Shown in pieces: positions 59,859 through 64,000 of a DNA stretch of 64,000 bases. The DNA is from Patescibacteria group bacterium. GTDB taxonomy: Bacteria; Patescibacteriota; Patescibacteriia; UBA2591; CALHIP01. The notes under the pieces are model-generated. The model saw only the letters and a program-made list of their open reading frames with translations. It was not told where the DNA came from and searched no databases. Each line of letters opens with the position of its first letter. Position 1 is the first letter of the stretch. The stretch lies in NCBI GenBank assembly GCA_026417895.1, contig JAOACJ010000014.1, forward strand, positions 63 through 64,062, read 5' to 3'. Both the position numbers and the translations under genes were made by a program.

Positions 59859-60749
59859 ATGCCAGAAATTTCCATTGTCATTTTGACAAAAAATGCCGGA
59901 CGACGATTCAAAAAAGTTCTGAAGGCGATTTTTGAACAGGTAATAGAAAAAAAATTTGAAGTCATTATTATTGATTCTGGTTCAAAGGATAAAACTTTAA
60001 AAATTGCTCATCAGTTTTCGGTAGCAAAAATTTTAGAAATCAAGCCAGAGACTTTTGAACACGGCAAAACCAGAAACCTATCCCTTGCTCTTTGTCAGGG
60101 AAAATATATTGTCTTTCTCAGTCAAGACGCCTTGCCCGTTAATCATCTTTGGCTAAAGAATTTAATCAACCCTTTATCTGATGATAAAGTAGCAGCCACC
60201 TTTTCTCGTCAAATTCCTTATGTCCAAACCAATCTTTTTCAGAAATACTATCAGTCTTTTCTTTATCCAAAAGAAAAAGAACCACTTTTAGGTTCTCTCT
60301 TTTTTTCTAATGTTTCAGCCGCCATCAAAAAAGAAGTTTTGGAAAAAATAAAATTTCCCGAAAATTTACCAATGAGTGAGGATCAAGCTTGGGCAAAAGC
60401 GGTCGTAGAGAATGGTTATCAAATAGTTTACTGTCCAGAGGCACCAGTCTTTCATTCACATAATTATAGTTTTTGGAAAAATTTTAAAAGAAATTTTGAT
60501 TCCGGATTAAGTTTAAAGAAATTAGGTTTAATTCAAGAAAAAAAATTTTTTGTTAAATTGCCAAAGTATCTTTTGGGTGAAATTTGGTTCCTTTTCAAAA
60601 AAAGATTAATTTTTGCTTTTCTTTATTTGCCCTCTATGTTTATCTACGAATTTTTTCGTTTTTTCGGTTTCTGGCTCGGTAGTCACTACCAAATTTTACC
60701 CCTCTCTTGGCGAAAGAAATTTTCTTTACATAATAAAAACTTAGATTAA
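59859..60749 (+). CDS. GT2 glycosyltransferase (rhamnosyltransferase-like)
   Basis: IIDSGSKD, FEHGKTRN, LSQDA, FFSNV, EDQAWA, HSHNY. Confidence 0.88.
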   Translation: MPEISIVILTKNAGRRFKKVLKAIFEQVIEKKFEVIIIDSGSKDKTLKIAHQFSVAKILEIKPETFEHGKTRNLSLALCQGKYIVFLSQDALPVNHLWLKNLINPLSDDKVAATFSRQIPYVQTNLFQKYYQSFLYPKEKEPLLGSLFFSNVSAAIKKEVLEKIKFPENLPMSEDQAWAKAVVENGYQIVYCPEAPVFHSHNYSFWKNFKRNFDSGLSLKKLGLIQEKKFFVKLPKYLLGEIWFLFKKRLIFAFLYLPSMFIYEFFRFFGFWLGSHYQILPLSWRKKFSLHNKNLD

Positions 60750-60765
60750 AATTACAATGTAATCT

Positions 60766-61929
60766 ATGAGAATTGCCCATATCGTCTCAACCTTTCCACC
60801 TTATCAGGGAGGGATGGGAAATGTCTGCTATTATCAAGCCAAAGAGTTAGCTGAACTTGGTCATCAGGTTACAGTTTTTACTCCCTGGCGAGGAGAAAGG
60901 TTTAAAATAACAAATGAAAAATTTAAGATTCAGTATCTCTGGCCATTATTGAAATATGGTAATGCTGCCTTCGTGCCAGAAATTTTTATCCATCTAGAAA
61001 ATTTTGACCTTATTCATCTTCATTATCCTTTTATTGGTGGAGCAGAAATCATTTTTTTTAAAAAAATCTTTTCTCTTATTCCTATTATTCTTCAATATCA
61101 AATGGACCTTTCTTTACCCGGTCCATGGTCTCTAGTCTCCCGTCTTTATAACCGAAGTTTTAATTGGTGGATTATTGAAAAGGTGGAAAAAATTATTGTC
61201 TCTTCTTATGATTATGCACAGAGCTCGAAGTATCTTTCCTATCTATTAGAAAAAGAAAAGGAAAAGATAATTGAAATTCCTCACGGTGTTGATACAGATT
61301 GGTTTAAGCCAAGAGAAAAAGATAAAAAATTTTTGAAGAAACATCATCTTTCTCTCAAAGATAAAATTATTTTATTTGTCGGCGGCTTAGACCGAGCTCA
61401 TTACTTTAAGGGTTTAGAGGTGCTACTCAAAGCAGTGGTAGATTTAAGATCTATGTCTTTAGATTTAAGATTACTAATTGTTGGTGAAGGAAATTTGCGA
61501 CTAAAATATGAAAAAGAAGTCGAAAAATTAAAAATAAAAGATAAGGTTATTTTTGCTGGCCAGGTCTCAAGAGAAGATTTACCGACTTACTATAATTTAG
61601 CTGACCTTTTCGTTTTGCCATCGATTAATCGTAACGAATCTTTTGGTTTGGTTTTATTAGAAGCTATGGCTTGTGCTAAACCTTGTTTAGCCTCGGACTT
61701 ACCAGGCGTGAGAACGGTGGTGAGTAATTATAAAACCGGTCTTCTCTTTAAGACTGGCCATTCTGATGATCTGGCAGAAAAAATGAAAATTTTACTGCTT
61801 AACGATGATTTGGCTAAAAAAATGGGAGAGAGGGGTAGAGAAAGGGTCGAAATAGAATATGATTGGAAGGTTATCGTTAAAAAATTAGAAACATTATATG
61901 GAAATGTGGCCAAGTATTGGCGAAAATAA
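60766..61929 (+). CDS. GT4 glycosyltransferase
   Basis: GGMG, IPHGVD, FVGGL..FKG, ESFGLVLLEAMAC. Confidence 0.93.
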   Translation: MRIAHIVSTFPPYQGGMGNVCYYQAKELAELGHQVTVFTPWRGERFKITNEKFKIQYLWPLLKYGNAAFVPEIFIHLENFDLIHLHYPFIGGAEIIFFKKIFSLIPIILQYQMDLSLPGPWSLVSRLYNRSFNWWIIEKVEKIIVSSYDYAQSSKYLSYLLEKEKEKIIEIPHGVDTDWFKPREKDKKFLKKHHLSLKDKIILFVGGLDRAHYFKGLEVLLKAVVDLRSMSLDLRLLIVGEGNLRLKYEKEVEKLKIKDKVIFAGQVSREDLPTYYNLADLFVLPSINRNESFGLVLLEAMACAKPCLASDLPGVRTVVSNYKTGLLFKTGHSDDLAEKMKILLLNDDLAKKMGERGRERVEIEYDWKVIVKKLETLYGNVAKYWRK

Positions 61930-64000
61930 AAAATTTCTTTTGACCGGTCTATCAATTTTGTTTTTAATCATTCTTTTCTTTAATATCTCGTTTTGGCAAA
62001 GTATTTTGATCGGTCTTCTATTTTCTATTTCCTACTTTCTTGTTTCTGGTCTTTGGTTGGGTAAAATTTTAGGTAAAATTTTAAACTTAGATACAGAATG
62101 GCGATTTCTATTTGGCTTATTTCTTCTTCTTTATTTAATAGCTTTTAGTCTGGCTCTACCAGCTGTTTTTTACAAAATCACGCCAGTCTATTTCTATGTT
62201 TTTCTATTGTTACTGACATTAACTATTAGTTTCGTTAATCATTTTTTGAACAGAAAAACAAAAATTCAAAATGACAAACTCCAAATTCCAAAAAATGGCC
62301 AAGATTCTCAATGTTTTTTTAAAAATTTAAAATTAAAAATTAAAAATTTCATTCCCTATCTTCTCTATTCCATTTTCTATATTCCAGCCTTCTTGCTACT
62401 GATCAAAGCTAGGACTGGTCAATACTTAGATTCGCCTTGGCAAGTTATTTCACCTCTTTATCTTATTTTTTTCTCTTTTATTTTTTTTCTTACCGTTTTG
62501 TTCATTTTTTCTCAAAAAAAACCTTTTACAATTTTAATTTTTATTATCTTGGCCTCTTTTTTACTTCATGCTTATTTACCAATTGTTCATGAAAATAATT
62601 TTGGCGTTGACCGCTGGCGTCAGTTAGGGGCAGAAAGAAGACTAATGGCTGGTCAAATCGAAGCACCGGCTCTTTTTGGCGGAGTGATAAAATATAAAAA
62701 AATTGGCCCCCTTCAAATTCCCGAAGTTTTTTTTGCTGCTAATAAATTTTCTTACGCCAGTAATTGGGGTCTAACAATTGGTTTAAGTTGGCTCACTGGC
62801 ATTGACATTTTTTATCTTGATTTATTTTTAATTTTGATTCTTTGGTCGGTTTTTTTACCAATTTTTACTTTTCAGTTAGTTAATTTAATTTTTAAAAATG
62901 AAAAAATTGCTCTTCTTTCTAGTCTTGCCGTTCTTCTTCCTTTTCCATTCCAAACAGATGGAGCGATTACTTTACCAAAAACTGTCAGTTTTCTTTTCTT
63001 TGTTTTTGCCTTGATCGTTATTTTCCAATATCTAAAAGGTCAAAAAAAACTTTTGCCCCTAATTATTTTTTTCTTTCTTATTCTTTCTTTCCATTACATT
63101 CTTTTCTTGATTTTATCTCTAGAAATTTTTATTTTTGGTCTAGTCCTGAAAACTCAGCCAAAAAAAATATGTTTAAAAAAAATTTTTTTATTTTTATTTT
63201 TTATTATTTTTTCCTTAAGTCTAATTTTTTTAGATCGAATTTCTGAAACAAGCTTTTTTCAGTATAAACTTTCCGAAATACCTCAAGTTTTTCCTTCAAA
63301 AGTTAAAGATTTTTTAAAAAAAATTCTTCTTGGCCAATATTTCTATTATTTTGAACAAGGTCAACCCCTTTTTCCTTTAAAACCTAATTTCTTTTTTGTC
63401 CTTTTTGTTTGGTCTTTGGTCATTGTTGGTTTAATAAAAAGCTGGAAAAAAGATAGGTGGATAAAAATTTTAGCCATCTTTCTATTAATTTTAATAATCA
63501 ACCAGTTTTTGAGTCTCTCTTTAATGAAAAATTATCGACTTTTAGCCAGACGGTCGTCGATGATAACTATTTTTCTTCTCGTTATCTTTTTTTCTGTTGG
63601 TCTCATTGAATTGATAGAAATTAAATTGATAGAAAAAGTAAATTTTAAGCCAAAGTTAATTACCATTCTACTCAGCGTCTTTTTGACTATTTTTGCCAGT
63701 ACCACTTATGCCTCTGGACCATATAATTTAGGCACAGTAACGCGTAGCGAACTTGGGGTGGCAAGATTCCTTTGGCAAGAAATAAAAAAAGAACCAAAAA
63801 AAAGGTTTTGTATTTTTGATTCAAGTTGGCGACTTTTGGCTTTAGAGGCAGAGTCAGGTATCATTGCTGGCAATTTTCCTTTTCATCCCATTGACTTTGT
63901 TCAAAAAGAAAAAGATGAATTATATCGACAAATGCTTAAAAATCCTTCCAGAGAAATTTTAAATCAAACTTTAGAAATCACTGGTGCAGAAAAATGTTTT
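61898..64000 (+). CDS. large polytopic membrane protein, GT-C-like (runs off window end)
   Basis: Same frame open where checked (61898, 62582, 63782); many TMs, FGVDRWRQLG loop; absent from ORF track because no stop occurs in the window. Confidence 0.65.
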   Translation, partial: MEMWPSIGENKKFLLTGLSILFLIILFFNISFWQSILIGLLFSISYFLVSGLWLGKILGKILNLDTEWRFLFGLFLLLYLIAFSLALPAVFYKITPVYFYVFLLLLTLTISFVNHFLNRKTKIQNDKLQIPKNGQDSQCFFKNLKLKIKNFIPYLLYSIFYIPAFLLLIKARTGQYLDSPWQVISPLYLIFFSFIFFLTVLFIFSQKKPFTILIFIILASFLLHAYLPIVHENNFGVDRWRQLGAERRLMAGQIEAPALFGGVIKYKKIGPLQIPEVFFAANKFSYASNWGLTIGLSWLTGIDIFYLDLFLILILWSVFLPIFTFQLVNLIFKNEKIALLSSLAVLLPFPFQTDGAITLPKTVSFLFFVFALIVIFQYLKGQKKLLPLIIFFFLILSFHYILFLILSLEIFIFGLVLKTQPKKICLKKIFLFLFFIIFSLSLIFLDRISETSFFQYKLSEIPQVFPSKVKDFLKKILLGQYFYYFEQGQPLFPLKPNFFFVLFVWSLVIVGLIKSWKKDRWIKILAIFLLILIINQFLSLSLMKNYRLLARRSSMITIFLLVIFFSVGLIELIEIKLIEKVNFKPKLITILLSVFLTIFASTTYASGPYNLGTVTRSELGVARFLWQEIKKEPKKRFCIFDSSWRLLALEAESGIIAGNFPFHPIDFVQKEKDELYRQMLKNPSREILNQTLEITGAEKCF

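Overview
AT-rich chromosomal window that most resembles a Candidate Phyla Radiation (Patescibacteria, Parcubacteria-like) genome. The inference rests on the compact mreBCD-mrdA and mraZ-rsmH-ftsL-ftsI-murF clusters, an HK-RR-pilB-pilC-pilM-pilA type IV pilus locus, archaeal-type pyrH/DHS/HPS genes and SD-less starts. TGA is used as a stop (code 11). The window holds housekeeping genes (ligA, gatCA, nadDE, rplJL with L10 leader, def, two tRNAs), a PerR-type oxidative-stress operon, glycosyltransferases and several decayed genes. Five observations stand out. (1) A stand-alone 101-aa copy of the class III ribonucleotide reductase glycyl-radical/Zn-ribbon domain sits inside the perR-rubrerythrin-superoxide reductase operon; it is a candidate GrcA-like 'spare part' for O2-cleaved NrdD. 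(2) An Avd/IVS-like four-helix-bundle gene is enclosed by 56-bp heptamer-periodic inverted arms, and related heptamer arrays are scattered in frame through core genes. (3) A minor pilin gene appears split by a 2,665-bp insertion bounded by ACAA; removing it restores an in-frame giant pilin-adhesin built of nested domains. (4) An unannotated, strongly structured intergenic RNA lies at about 11.2-11.4 kb. (5) DnaA boxes are placed just upstream of several promoters. All family assignments come from motif recognition by eye; no database searches were run.
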